DNA from: Polyangiaceae bacterium
Lineage (GTDB): Bacteria > Myxococcota_A > Polyangia > Polyangiales > Polyangiaceae
Reading direction: 5' to 3'
DNA: 64,000 nucleotides
NCBI GenBank assembly: GCA_033763455.1
Contig: JANRKO010000050.1
Location: forward strand, 33,339 to 97,338
In this document: positions 38,833 through 48,812 of the stretch, one piece after another
Layout of the letters: every line of letters starts with the position of its first letter
Position numbering within the stretch: position 1 is the stretch's first letter
Position numbers and translations under genes: made by a program
Notes under the pieces: generated by a model
What the model was told of the DNA's origin: nothing
The model's input: only the letters and a program-made list of their open reading frames with translations
Databases searched by the model: none

Positions 38833-40217
38833 GCCAGCTTGGGCAAGAGTTCCTAGCCGTTGTCGACATCGGTAAGACCAACATCAAGCTCATCGTTGTG
38901 GGAAGCACGGGTGAGTCCGTAGAACAGCTTTCTGTCGCCAACGAGGTTATTCGTTCGGGGCTTTATCCACACTTCGATGTGGAAGCGATCTTCGAATGGA
39001 TCCTCGCTGGGCTCAGTGAGTTCGCCAAGCGTTACACCATCTCCGCTATCGTACCCGTCACTCACGGCGCTACAGGCGTACTTTGTGCGGGGGATCGCCT
39101 CGCCTTGCCCGTGTTGGACTATGAGTTTGCGGGGCCAGAAGCCGTGAATTCAGAGTATCGAGCGGCGGCCAGTGAATTTTCGAAAACGTCTTCGCCGGAC
39201 TTGCCCAACGGGCTGAATTTCGGAAAACAGCTGTTCTGGCAAAAACGAGAATTCTCGGAGGCCTTCGCGAGTGCCATGCACGTTTTGATGTATCCGCAAT
39301 ATTGGGCGTACAGGCTCACCGGGCATCGGCATACGGAGGTAACCTCCTTGGGGTGCCACACCGGGCTGTGGGAACCAGCCGGAGCGCGTTTCTCGAACCT
39401 CGCGATGCAAGAGGGTTTCGATAAACTGTTTCCACCACTAAAGCGTGCCTATGAATCAGCGGGGCCGCTCCTGCCCGAGTTGGCGCGCCGCACCGGCCTG
39501 AATGCAGACGTGAAGGTGCTTACAGGGATCCACGACAGCAACGCTTCTTACTTCGCGCACGCCGCGCCTCGCCGGGGACAAGGGGAGTTTGCTGTCGCCT
39601 CCACGGGGACGTGGGTGGTGTGCATGGCCAATGGGGTGGATGTTGCGGAGCTCCGGGAAGAGCTAGACATGCTTGCCAATTGCGATGCGTTCGGAGCGCC
39701 GGTAGCGTCCATTCGATTCATGGGCGGGCGTGAATATGAAGCGGTTGCTGGCACTGATGGGTTGCAAGAGGCTCCTGGCCTCGAAGACGTGGCGCTGGTG
39801 TTGGCTACTTCATTTGCATTGCCGTCGTTTGCCTCCCAAGGCGGGCCTTTTCGCAATCGGGTTGGGCGATTCGAAGGGGAAACGCCAACGGAGCCGAAAC
39901 GCAAAGCGGCGCTGGCGGCGCTTTATTCCGCGCTCCTCACTGACCATTGTTTGGACCTTTTGGGTGCGCGAGGTGAATTAATCGTCGATGGTGCGTTCGC
40001 CAAAAATCAGCTCTTTCTGAGCCTCTTGAGCGCACTGCGGGGTGGCGCGGTGTGCGTTTCGGACAGCGCCCATGCAGGTACCGCTCGGGGCGCTGCGCAG
40101 CTTCTAGCCTGGCCCGAGTCGCTGCAAAGTGAGCTCGTTCGGGTCGAGGCGCTCGAAATCCCCGGGCTCAACGCGTATCGAGGCCGTTGGCGCCAGTACC
40201 TCACCGAGAACAGGTAG
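38829..40217 (+). CDS. FGGY-family sugar kinase, probable rhamnulokinase (RhaK type)
   Basis: DIGKTN, VTHGA, YPQYW, EVTSLGCHT, GIHDSNAS, STGTW, RFMGGRE. Confidence 0.88.
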   Translation: MSQLGQEFLAVVDIGKTNIKLIVVGSTGESVEQLSVANEVIRSGLYPHFDVEAIFEWILAGLSEFAKRYTISAIVPVTHGATGVLCAGDRLALPVLDYEFAGPEAVNSEYRAAASEFSKTSSPDLPNGLNFGKQLFWQKREFSEAFASAMHVLMYPQYWAYRLTGHRHTEVTSLGCHTGLWEPAGARFSNLAMQEGFDKLFPPLKRAYESAGPLLPELARRTGLNADVKVLTGIHDSNASYFAHAAPRRGQGEFAVASTGTWVVCMANGVDVAELREELDMLANCDAFGAPVASIRFMGGREYEAVAGTDGLQEAPGLEDVALVLATSFALPSFASQGGPFRNRVGRFEGETPTEPKRKAALAALYSALLTDHCLDLLGARGELIVDGAFAKNQLFLSLLSALRGGAVCVSDSAHAGTARGAAQLLAWPESLQSELVRVEALEIPGLNAYRGRWRQYLTENR

Positions 40218-40288
40218 CGGCAGCGCTCGGCTTTTTGTGGTGCCGTAGCTGGCGGGAGCGGGAGCGTTATCGTGCCCGGAAGGCACCT

Positions 40289-42940
40289 TTAAGGCGCAAC
40301 AGTGGAGAAGCAGTAGCGGCCTGGAGCAACGCGCAGAATCGCATGACGTTCCCTGTGTTCCAGATTGGTGAGGGCACGGCCGTGCTCGGTTACAGCGGCA
40401 TCTTTCGGGCAGGGTATCCAAACTTCGGCGCTTGTATTGGCGGGAACTTCCACATTCACCTCCAGCTTACCTCCTTCCAGCTTCCAGTGGCTCGCGATGC
40501 GACCGTATTGACTGAGCCAGGAGGCATTTACGTGGGTTAGGCCGCCACCGATACTGGGACGTAAGCGAAACGTCTTGAAGCCGGGCGAGGTGGCTTCAAT
40601 GCCAGCAACGTGTTCGTAGAGCCATTGTGCAACGGAGCCAAAGGCGTAGTGCGAGTACGAGTTCATTCCGGATTGGTTGGGACCCTCCTCCGTCCAGCTG
40701 TTCCAGCGTTCCCAAATGGTGGTTGCCCCATTTTTGATGGAAAATCCCCATGAAGGGTAGGTTTCATTGAGCACTAAGCGGTAGGCGAGATCGGTGCGGC
40801 CATGTCGCGAAAGTGTGGGCAAGAGGTAGGGGATACCCACAAACCCTGTTGCTAGGTGAAAATTGTTCTCTTCGATTAGGTTGACGAGTCGAGCGAAGGC
40901 GGCGCCCCTAAGCTCCTCTGGAACTAAATTGAAGTGAAGAGCGAGCACTTGGCCTGTTTGTGTCACCGGATCCATTGCGAGGCCGCGCACGTCTCCGTTT
41001 GGTTGGACGAAGCGCTCGATGAAAGCAGTTCGGATCCTTGCGTGAAGGGATCGAAGTCGTGCGGCATCCTCCTTCTTCCGCAAGATGTCTGCCGTGTTCG
41101 CAGCAAGCTCGGCGCTGTGCGCGAAAAAAGCGGTCATGATGATCTCGTGAGGCGTGTCCGGGCCGAGGCACACCCAATCACCGTAGATCTTGTACTTCGC
41201 GGGGTCAGGAGTGCGGAGGCCGTCTTTAGATTCGCGCTCCAGATACTCAAGCCAACGCAGCATCATCGAATAGCTGCGGGTCAAAAATTCCGTGTCCCCG
41301 TAGTACCAATACAATGCCCAAGGAGCGACCGTCGCGACGTCACCCCAAGCGGCGTCCCCACCCATGCCGTGCACGTGGTCGTGGGGAAGCTTGGGGGCGT
41401 AGTTCGGGATGTTGCCGCGCTCATCTTGGGAGTCGATGAGATCCTGAAGCCACTTGTTGAAGAAAGCGGACACGTCTCGATTCCAGATGGCCGAGCGGAT
41501 GTAAACTTGAACGTCGCCTGTCCAGCCCAGGCGTTCATCGCGTTGTGGGCAGTCCGTTGGAATATCGACGAAATTCGAACGCTGGGTCCAGTCGATGTTC
41601 TGGACGAGCTGGTTGATGAGAGCGTTCGAGCACTCGAAGCTCCCAGCTTTGGGTGTGTCGCTGTGCACCACAATGCCCGTGAGCGCATCTAGCGACGGCG
41701 TCCCGGGAAAGCCAGTGAGTTCTGCGTAGCGGAAGCCGTGATAGGTGAATTTGGGCTCCCACATCTCCTCGCCCCCGCCGCTACAGGTGTAAGTATCGAT
41801 GCTGGTGGCGCTTCGCAGGTTGTCCACGTAAAGCTCATTTTTCGGCCACAACATCTCACCGAATCGAATGCGGACCGTTGTCCCAGCCTGCCCAGCCACT
41901 CGTAAGCGGACACGGCCTGCAAAGTTTTGACCGAAGTCGTAGATGTACGAACCTGGTCGAGAACCAAACATTCGGATAGGAGAGAGTTCCTCGGTCGCGC
42001 GCACAGGCGGGCCGATGTGAGCTTCCAACTTTGGGGAGCTTTCGATCGGGGAAGGGCTCACTTTTGCCCAGCCGCTCTCATCGAACTCTGGCGTGTCAAA
42101 ACCCACAAGGGTGAGCGTGGCATCGTGCGTTTCGCCTCGGAGAAAGGTGGATTCCAAGATCGGGCCGTTGTGAACACGCCATTCGGAATCGGTTCCCACC
42201 CATTCGACGCGGCCGTCCGCATATTCGAGCCGGAGCGTCATCAAGAGTGAGGGGCGCTTATCACCCGGCTGCTTCACGTACTGAAAAGGCCGGTGGTGAA
42301 ATGCGAGTGGGCCAGCGTACCAACCGGGATTGAGGAACGCGCCAATGGCGTGTCTATTGTTGCCCAAGAGACGCGAAGTTACATCGTAACAACGGTACAA
42401 GATGCGCTGGTTATAGTCCGTCCAGCCGGGAGCGAAGCTCTCGTCGCTTACGGGGAGGCCGTTGATGGAGGCCGTGTAGATCCCTTTTGCGGTTGCATAG
42501 AGGCGCGCATCTACCACCTCGCCGTGTGTTTCAAAAGTGCGGCGGAAACAACAAGAATTGGGCGACCGTTGCGATTCGGGCGGCTGGATCCACTGCGCCT
42601 GCCAGTCATCTTCTGTGAGTAAACCCATCGCGAACTCCGCGGGTTCGCTGAAAGGGGAAGCCTCACCTTGTTCGTCCCAGACTCTGGCTCGCCACTTAAC
42701 CCGCATGCAGCTGGAAAGAGAACGTCCGCCGTATTCAATGTGGAGCGAGGTGGAGCTCTCTACCTTGCCGGTGTCCCACAGCCGGGAGGGTGCATCCGAG
42801 AAATCTGTGGTGGTGGCTTGGAGCTGATAGGCAGTTTGGGCCCCAGCGCCTGAGAGTTCAAAGCTAAGGCGCGGTCGGGCGCGCTGAATGGCCAGGGGGT
42901 GAGTGAGGTATTCAGAACGGAGGGCGGCGGGGGCCAGCAT
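40289..42940 (-). CDS. Alpha-L-rhamnosidase (GH78)
   Basis: APGWTDY, DFGQNFAG, FTYHGFRY, PTDCPQRDERLGWTGD, GATTIWERW, NSYSHYAFG. Confidence 0.95.
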   Translation of the reverse strand: MLAPAALRSEYLTHPLAIQRARPRLSFELSGAGAQTAYQLQATTTDFSDAPSRLWDTGKVESSTSLHIEYGGRSLSSCMRVKWRARVWDEQGEASPFSEPAEFAMGLLTEDDWQAQWIQPPESQRSPNSCCFRRTFETHGEVVDARLYATAKGIYTASINGLPVSDESFAPGWTDYNQRILYRCYDVTSRLLGNNRHAIGAFLNPGWYAGPLAFHHRPFQYVKQPGDKRPSLLMTLRLEYADGRVEWVGTDSEWRVHNGPILESTFLRGETHDATLTLVGFDTPEFDESGWAKVSPSPIESSPKLEAHIGPPVRATEELSPIRMFGSRPGSYIYDFGQNFAGRVRLRVAGQAGTTVRIRFGEMLWPKNELYVDNLRSATSIDTYTCSGGGEEMWEPKFTYHGFRYAELTGFPGTPSLDALTGIVVHSDTPKAGSFECSNALINQLVQNIDWTQRSNFVDIPTDCPQRDERLGWTGDVQVYIRSAIWNRDVSAFFNKWLQDLIDSQDERGNIPNYAPKLPHDHVHGMGGDAAWGDVATVAPWALYWYYGDTEFLTRSYSMMLRWLEYLERESKDGLRTPDPAKYKIYGDWVCLGPDTPHEIIMTAFFAHSAELAANTADILRKKEDAARLRSLHARIRTAFIERFVQPNGDVRGLAMDPVTQTGQVLALHFNLVPEELRGAAFARLVNLIEENNFHLATGFVGIPYLLPTLSRHGRTDLAYRLVLNETYPSWGFSIKNGATTIWERWNSWTEEGPNQSGMNSYSHYAFGSVAQWLYEHVAGIEATSPGFKTFRLRPSIGGGLTHVNASWLSQYGRIASHWKLEGGKLEVNVEVPANTSAEVWIPCPKDAAVTEHGRALTNLEHRERHAILRVAPGRYCFSTVAP

Positions 42941-42975
42941 TGTGGCCTGCTCTTACCATGGCTTGCGGGAAGCCG

Positions 42976-44409
42976 TCAGGTGAGGCCGGTGAGGGCCCCT
43001 TTTGAAACCGCTGGCGCCCCAAAGACAGTGAGATTGCTACCAAAGGCTTTGAGCAGCGAAAGATAGAGGTCGTTGTGAGAGGCGTCCGTATATTTCACGT
43101 AGCGCCCAGGGCGCAGCACGCCACCGCCACTACCGGCTAGGATGTATGGAATGCGGTCGGGTGAGTGAGGTTGCGCATCGCCCTGCTCGTTCACCCACAT
43201 CACGATACTGTTATCGAGCGCACTTTGCCCCATTTCATCGATAGCGCCCAATTTGCCCAGAAGGTAAGCAAATTGCTCCGAATACCAATAGTGCATATCG
43301 ATCATCTGTTGGCGCGACTCCATGGAATCGTCGACGGCGTGCGAGATAGTGTGGTGATCTCCCTGAATGCCCAACCAAGAGAAACGTGCGCTAGATTGCC
43401 CTGTGGACCACTGTAGGCTCACGACGCGGCTCAGATCGCAGGCCACCGCCAACGCCATGATGTCCATTTGTTGTTGGCCAATCATCGGGTAATTAGCCAT
43501 GGGTTTAGGATCTGTGTTGGGGCCCATTGCCGGCACCTGACAGGTGACGGGGGGAGAGCTGAGGGCGAGGCTCGTTTCCAGCTCCCGAATCGCGTTGAGG
43601 TGGGCCTCCAACTTCTGTCGATCGAAGGCACTTACCTTGGGTATCAACGCCACGAGATCCTGCTGCGTTTTGTCCAACACGCTCTTGCGTTTGAGCTGCA
43701 GCGCATCCAGGGCCGGGGGCGCCATTTGGCCGGAAGGGGTGATGCCCGCAAAGAGAGTCGCGAAGGCTGCGCGAGGATCATTCTCTGGCTGAATTGCCTC
43801 GAAGGCCTTCTTGTAGCTCATGCGGCTAGTGATCTGCCGGACTGGATCGAGATTGGATCTATTGCCCAGCTCAATAGAGCGAAAGCGCGTTGTATTGCCG
43901 ATCAAATTCGCGATTTCTTGATCGATGGAGATGCCGCCCGCCGAGCCATCGCTCAGGTGGCCGAATTCGCCGGACCCGCCCGGGCCTGCCAAGAGCGGCA
44001 TGGCGCTCATCATGTGACCCATGCCGAGGTCGTGCCCGTTGGTGCCCGGACCAGGCAGGCTGCGCGAGTTCTGGTTCACTCCGTCGAGCACTATCAGCTT
44101 CTGCTTGAGCGCTTCGAGTGGAGCAAGGACGTGTTTCGCGGTCGGGTTGGCGGCAACCTTAAACTCGAACGCCGTTTCGGTTCCACTTGGCGTCCAGCTA
44201 TCGGGAATCATACCGTTTGGGCTAAAGAAAACGATGAACCGCTGCGGCCCAGTACCCAGCGCTTGCCTGGTTTGCTTCGGTGTACGGGGATCGCTCGTTG
44301 TTGCCACGCGTTCCCCGCGTGAGCAGGCCATTGCTTCCAGCATCGGGAGCGCGATGATCGCGCCGCCGGTTCCGTTCAAGAAAGCACGCCGGTGAATTCG
44401 CTTCTTCAT
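42976..44409 (-). CDS. DUF1552 family protein with Tat signal
   Basis: IHRRAFLNG; LPMLEAM; RFIVFFSPNG; SIDQ; KSVLD; KLEAHLNAIRELE; ACDLSRV; HHTISH. Confidence 0.87.
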   Translation of the reverse strand: MKKRIHRRAFLNGTGGAIIALPMLEAMACSRGERVATTSDPRTPKQTRQALGTGPQRFIVFFSPNGMIPDSWTPSGTETAFEFKVAANPTAKHVLAPLEALKQKLIVLDGVNQNSRSLPGPGTNGHDLGMGHMMSAMPLLAGPGGSGEFGHLSDGSAGGISIDQEIANLIGNTTRFRSIELGNRSNLDPVRQITSRMSYKKAFEAIQPENDPRAAFATLFAGITPSGQMAPPALDALQLKRKSVLDKTQQDLVALIPKVSAFDRQKLEAHLNAIRELETSLALSSPPVTCQVPAMGPNTDPKPMANYPMIGQQQMDIMALAVACDLSRVVSLQWSTGQSSARFSWLGIQGDHHTISHAVDDSMESRQQMIDMHYWYSEQFAYLLGKLGAIDEMGQSALDNSIVMWVNEQGDAQPHSPDRIPYILAGSGGGVLRPGRYVKYTDASHNDLYLSLLKAFGSNLTVFGAPAVSKGALTGLT

Positions 44410-46139
44410 TGTTGTGCTCCCGTCGTGGTGTTGCGGTATAGAAAGGCGTCGCTCTGGGTTAAGGCCACGAGCAATTCTGGGATCTTGTACCCCGAGCTCT
44501 TGAAGGCGGTATTGAGCTGATTCAAAGTGCAAACGTCCGCGGCTGAATCCTGGCGGCCGTAGCCGTATCGGAACCACTGCGTCACGGCGCACGATCCCAC
44601 GAGATCACTTTGGGCGGCAAGCTTTGCGAGCTCCGAAATCCCATCGAACGGGGCATCTACGTCGGTTCCTGTGAGGGCTCCTTTGGCGTCCACGGGCACG
44701 CCGCTATCTTGGTCTCGGTAACGGCCGACGGCGTCGAAGTGCTCAAAAGCGAAACCAAGCGGATCGAATTGTGCGTGGCACGCATTGCATACCGGATCGG
44801 TCCGGTGCTGTTCGAGGCGTGCGCGTGTGGAGAGCCCTTGCTGAAGAGGAGGCAGCTGCACGTTCACGGCGTCTGGGGGAGGCGGAGGCACCTGACAGAA
44901 AAGCCCACCTCGTACGAATACACCTCGGGCTACGATGGAGGTTTGGTTGGCTTTTGCGTGAGTCGCGAGGAAAGCCCCCTGAGTGAGCAACCCCGCACGT
45001 TTACCGGGCTCATCCAATGGTGAAAACTCTGTGCCAACGGGAGCTGGTACGCCGTAGAAGGCCGCGAGGCTTGGGTTTACAAAAGTACGCGGTGAGGTGA
45101 GCAGCGTGGATAACGAGCCGTCGCCCTCGAAGATGGCGTAGTCCAGAAAGCGGTTGACCTCCTCAATGTACAGCGCGTTAGTTGCGGGCGAAAAATCGGG
45201 GTAAGTTGCCGGATCTTTCTCGATTGTGGCGATGTCTTTGTAGTTCCACCACTGTTCATGAAAACGATGCGCCATCGTTCGCGTGCGTGGGTCTGCGAGC
45301 ATTCTTCGGGCTTGAGATGCCACGAGATCCGGCTGGGCGAGCTGCCCTTGGGCCGCGGCGTCCAGCAGCGTTTGGTCCGGCATGCTGCCCCAGAGCAGGT
45401 AAGAAAGGCGGGAGGCCAGCTGATAGTCCGTAACCTTTACGGCCGCCCCCATCGCTCCCACTTCCACGCGGTATAGAAAGTGCGGGGACTCAAGGAATGC
45501 TTCGAGTACTGCTTGCACCGACTGCTCCAGAGTTAACGTGGTGCGAACGGCAGCAAAGAGTTCCCCCATTTGCTTGGTATCGGTGGCATCAAGTGGGCGC
45601 CGCCAAGCCCGATCGCCGAAAGATTTGATCCATGCCTGAACGCACGCCGTTTCTCCGCCTGCTGGATCACAGCCCAGAAGTGCCGTGAGGTTGGCTGTGG
45701 CACGCGCGGAGACTGCCTCTGCTGCCTCCATATATTTTTGGGCCGTTATTCTGGAAACCGCTCCAACCTCGGCGTTGTTGTCGTACCCGGCTCCACCCTC
45801 TACGGGGAGTTGTGCACCTGGGTATGCTGCATCCTTGGTGAGATCTCGAATCGTGTTATCGTACTCGAATGGCGTTAGCCTTCGAATGGGAGATGAGCCC
45901 GGCTGCGGGCCTGCGTTGCAGTCGATAACCGGAGGGGGTGGAACCACAGCGGTTCCCGTGGTACTCGGGCCAGGGGTGCCGGTGGGTGATACGGAAGGCA
46001 TGGCGGTCGGGGATGACGCACCTGGGGCATCCGAGCCCCCGCCACTTCCACAAGCCGTTAGCAATGCCATGCCGAGTGGCACCCACGCTGACGGTGCGGT
46101 TAGCTGGAAACGGTGAAAGAGGATCTTCGAGAGGAGCAT
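44406..46139 (-). CDS. DUF1587/1595/1592/1588/1585 multidomain lipoprotein with CxxCH
   Basis: LLTAC lipobox; RRLTPFEYDNTIRDL; LESPHFLYR; LASRLSYLLW; CNACH; DPLGFAFEHFDAVGRYR. Confidence 0.88.
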   Translation of the reverse strand: MLLSKILFHRFQLTAPSAWVPLGMALLTACGSGGGSDAPGASSPTAMPSVSPTGTPGPSTTGTAVVPPPPVIDCNAGPQPGSSPIRRLTPFEYDNTIRDLTKDAAYPGAQLPVEGGAGYDNNAEVGAVSRITAQKYMEAAEAVSARATANLTALLGCDPAGGETACVQAWIKSFGDRAWRRPLDATDTKQMGELFAAVRTTLTLEQSVQAVLEAFLESPHFLYRVEVGAMGAAVKVTDYQLASRLSYLLWGSMPDQTLLDAAAQGQLAQPDLVASQARRMLADPRTRTMAHRFHEQWWNYKDIATIEKDPATYPDFSPATNALYIEEVNRFLDYAIFEGDGSLSTLLTSPRTFVNPSLAAFYGVPAPVGTEFSPLDEPGKRAGLLTQGAFLATHAKANQTSIVARGVFVRGGLFCQVPPPPPDAVNVQLPPLQQGLSTRARLEQHRTDPVCNACHAQFDPLGFAFEHFDAVGRYRDQDSGVPVDAKGALTGTDVDAPFDGISELAKLAAQSDLVGSCAVTQWFRYGYGRQDSAADVCTLNQLNTAFKSSGYKIPELLVALTQSDAFLYRNTTTGAQQ

Positions 46140-46337
46140 ACGGGAGAATCACCCATTGGGCCTAAGCCGGCCCCCGCGAGGCGGTAACGCGTAGGGGCTG
46201 AACCCATCCATAATAGCGCTCAGAGGTAGCACTTTGGGGTCGAGGGTGCGGCGAGGTTAGCACGATTGCTCCACTTTTTCGGCTAGCGCCGGTGGCTCCG
46301 TTCAGCCGCCGCCGGAAGTCGCCTAGGATGAAGGCTG

Positions 46338-48770
46338 ATGCCAAGATCGCAGCACCCAGGACACCGCCTGCGGCATTTTGCGTTCAGACTATCCAAGCCA
46401 GTTGGCGGGATGCTGTTGCCGCTAATCCTTGCGGCGCAAGGCGCCGCGGCGGCCGAGGTGGTGTGGCCGAGCGAGCTCGAGCGGCTTGCACACGGGCTCC
46501 GCGCGGCTGATATCAGCGAACGGAGGGAGGCGAGTCGGAAGCTCATTACTCTCCCTTCTGGCGTAAGCCGGGAACTTGTTATTTCAGCGCTGAAGGATGC
46601 TGACTCCGAGGTGCGATTGAGGGCGGCTCAGGCGGCGTCTCGCACGGCCATGTCAGGCACAGGCACTATCGTCTTGGGTTGGCTGAGTGATCCAAACGAA
46701 GAAGCTAGATTGGCCGCGCTGGCAGTTCTGAAGTTGGATCCAGTCTCCGCGAGCGCCGGAACCCTCGGGCGCTCGTTGAGCGACGCTGTTCCTCGGGTTC
46801 GTATTCGGGCCGCAGAGGCTTTGGGCGCGCTCGCTTCGCCCGATGCTGCACGAAGCCTGCTGGGGCATCTGGAGGATCAAGACAAACAGGTGAGGCTAAC
46901 CGTGTACCGAGAGCTTGGCCTCCTCGGAGACAAAGCGAGCGCCCTTTCGCTGTTAGGGAAAGCTTCGGATCCGGACGCGGAAATTCGGGTGGTAGTGCTA
47001 AACTCCCTTGGAAAGCTCAAAGAGCCTCGGAGCCTGACCACGTTGCTCACGGCGCTCAAAGATCGCGACGAATCGGTGCGACAGGCAGCCCTTGGCGCTC
47101 TCGGTGCGCTCGGCGAGCCTCAAGCGGTTCCCGCCATCGATTCACTGCTTCAAAGTCAGCCGCGCGCAGCGGAGCAGCGAGCGGCACTCCTTGCGTTGGC
47201 CGCGATAGGGGGAGATGCGGCGATTGCGGTTAACCTGAAAGTTCTCACTTCCACCCATCCAATGGCGGCAACGGTGTTCGCGGACAGCAGCCTTGTGCGC
47301 ATGGGGCAGAGAGCCGTTCCTTCCCTTCGTGAGTGTGTTACTTCTCGCAAGGAGCTGGAAATTGCCGATCGCTGCCTAGGTGTTTGGTCCAAGCTTGAAC
47401 CCAAGAGCGCAGCGCTTGCAGGTGCCGAGGCTCTAAAGTCCGGCGCTACCTCGCGCTTGGCCGCCGTGCGCGCCATCGGGCTCGGTGGGCAGGCCTCGCT
47501 CCTACCGGGTGTGTTAGCTGAACTTGTGTCGGAGGACCCGAGCTTACGAGTCGCCGCCCGAGAGGCCTCCGCACTCATACTCAGCTCAAATCGCGGTCAA
47601 ACCATGGCCGTGGATCCAATTGTCGAGGCGCTGGTGCGCTATCGCGCGGATTCGACCGTTCTGCTCGAACATCTGAAGCTCCTCGGCTTAACGGGGGCAA
47701 CTCGCGCGGGCGCCCAATTGTTGCCGTTCAGCCGGGAGGGGAACCCGGCGGCTGTGCGCTTGGCGGCGATTGAGGCATTCGGGGATTTGTCGCCAGGAGC
47801 CTACGACCGAGTGCTCCTCGCTCTGCTCAGTGATGAAGACCCTCGGGTAGCGGGCGCAGCCGCTCTTGCGTTGCGGCGCATGGGGCGAGGAGAACTCCTG
47901 CCTAGTCTTATCGCGGAGCTCGGGCGTGCCACCGACACTAACGTGGAAACGTTAGCGGTGTCGCTGTTGGGGCCTCTCAGTCGTAACAAGGATGAAGCAG
48001 TCGGCGAGCAAGCGTTCGCGAAAATGTTGTACGCGGAGGGTCGAGAGCGAGACCTTTGGCTTGAGGCGTTGGGGCGCTCCCCGCTTCAGCCTTGGTTGCC
48101 ACGCTTGAAGGATAAATTGGCAACCTTTGGCGGCGCTGATCGCCGCAAAGTGGCCGAAGCGTTCGCGGGGGTGAACGCTGCCCTTCCGTTATTACAAAGC
48201 CTTGCGCGCGATCCCGACGGCTCGGTGCGAGCATCTGCAGTGTGGTCACTTGGAACGCTGAGCCTCGCCGAAAATCTCCAGTTGTTAAGGGCAGCGACGC
48301 GTGACCGCGATGTAACGGTGGCTATCAACGCCACGGGAGCACTCGCCCGGTTCGCTTTGATCCATGCAGGGGCCGAGCGTCAGACGCTTTGTTCCCTCTT
48401 GGCGCACTCCCACCCTTACGTTCGAATGAACGCACTCGCTGGCTTGCAAACGAGCGTGCCTATGCTGAAAGCCGATTCCTGTTCGGCGGAAGTCCAAAGG
48501 TTGAAGCTCGAAGAGCTCTCTGAGGGAGTTCGTGGTGTGGCAGATGCGGTCATCGACCCAAGGCAGCTTCCATCTGCCGTCAGGGGGCCTCTCACGGTAC
48601 TAGTTGTTCCGGTGGGACGTTCTCAACCCGAGCCGGAAGCGGCGTTTGCGTTGCGCCTGCCGGGCGGGCTGGTGCACACGGGTGTTGCCGATAGACGTGG
48701 CGGAGTGTTCGAGGTTGACGCGCCCCTTGGGGACGTGGCGCTCTTGGTGCCTGCGCACCTGGCATGGTGA
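46338..48770 (+). CDS. Exported HEAT-repeat protein (start may be ATG 46410)
   Basis: Many L.D.D..VR..A..ALG repeats; signal-like MLLPLILAAQGAAAA. Confidence 0.85.
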   Translation: MPRSQHPGHRLRHFAFRLSKPVGGMLLPLILAAQGAAAAEVVWPSELERLAHGLRAADISERREASRKLITLPSGVSRELVISALKDADSEVRLRAAQAASRTAMSGTGTIVLGWLSDPNEEARLAALAVLKLDPVSASAGTLGRSLSDAVPRVRIRAAEALGALASPDAARSLLGHLEDQDKQVRLTVYRELGLLGDKASALSLLGKASDPDAEIRVVVLNSLGKLKEPRSLTTLLTALKDRDESVRQAALGALGALGEPQAVPAIDSLLQSQPRAAEQRAALLALAAIGGDAAIAVNLKVLTSTHPMAATVFADSSLVRMGQRAVPSLRECVTSRKELEIADRCLGVWSKLEPKSAALAGAEALKSGATSRLAAVRAIGLGGQASLLPGVLAELVSEDPSLRVAAREASALILSSNRGQTMAVDPIVEALVRYRADSTVLLEHLKLLGLTGATRAGAQLLPFSREGNPAAVRLAAIEAFGDLSPGAYDRVLLALLSDEDPRVAGAAALALRRMGRGELLPSLIAELGRATDTNVETLAVSLLGPLSRNKDEAVGEQAFAKMLYAEGRERDLWLEALGRSPLQPWLPRLKDKLATFGGADRRKVAEAFAGVNAALPLLQSLARDPDGSVRASAVWSLGTLSLAENLQLLRAATRDRDVTVAINATGALARFALIHAGAERQTLCSLLAHSHPYVRMNALAGLQTSVPMLKADSCSAEVQRLKLEELSEGVRGVADAVIDPRQLPSAVRGPLTVLVVPVGRSQPEPEAAFALRLPGGLVHTGVADRRGGVFEVDAPLGDVALLVPAHLAW

Positions 48771-48773
48771 AAC

Positions 48774-48798
48774 GCGGGGATAGACGTTCTATCCCCGC
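48774..48798. terminator. Perfect 11-bp hairpin between convergent genes
   Basis: GCGGGGATAGA-cgt-TCTATCCCCGC. Confidence 0.65.
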
Positions 48799-48812
48799 AC
48801 CACGCGAGCGGA

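Noticed and set aside
40934..44322. Long antisense ORFs (e.g. 40934-41692, 43468-44322; also 16686-17474, 20509-21252)
   Set aside because: Shadow frames of well-supported genes, expected in high-GC DNA
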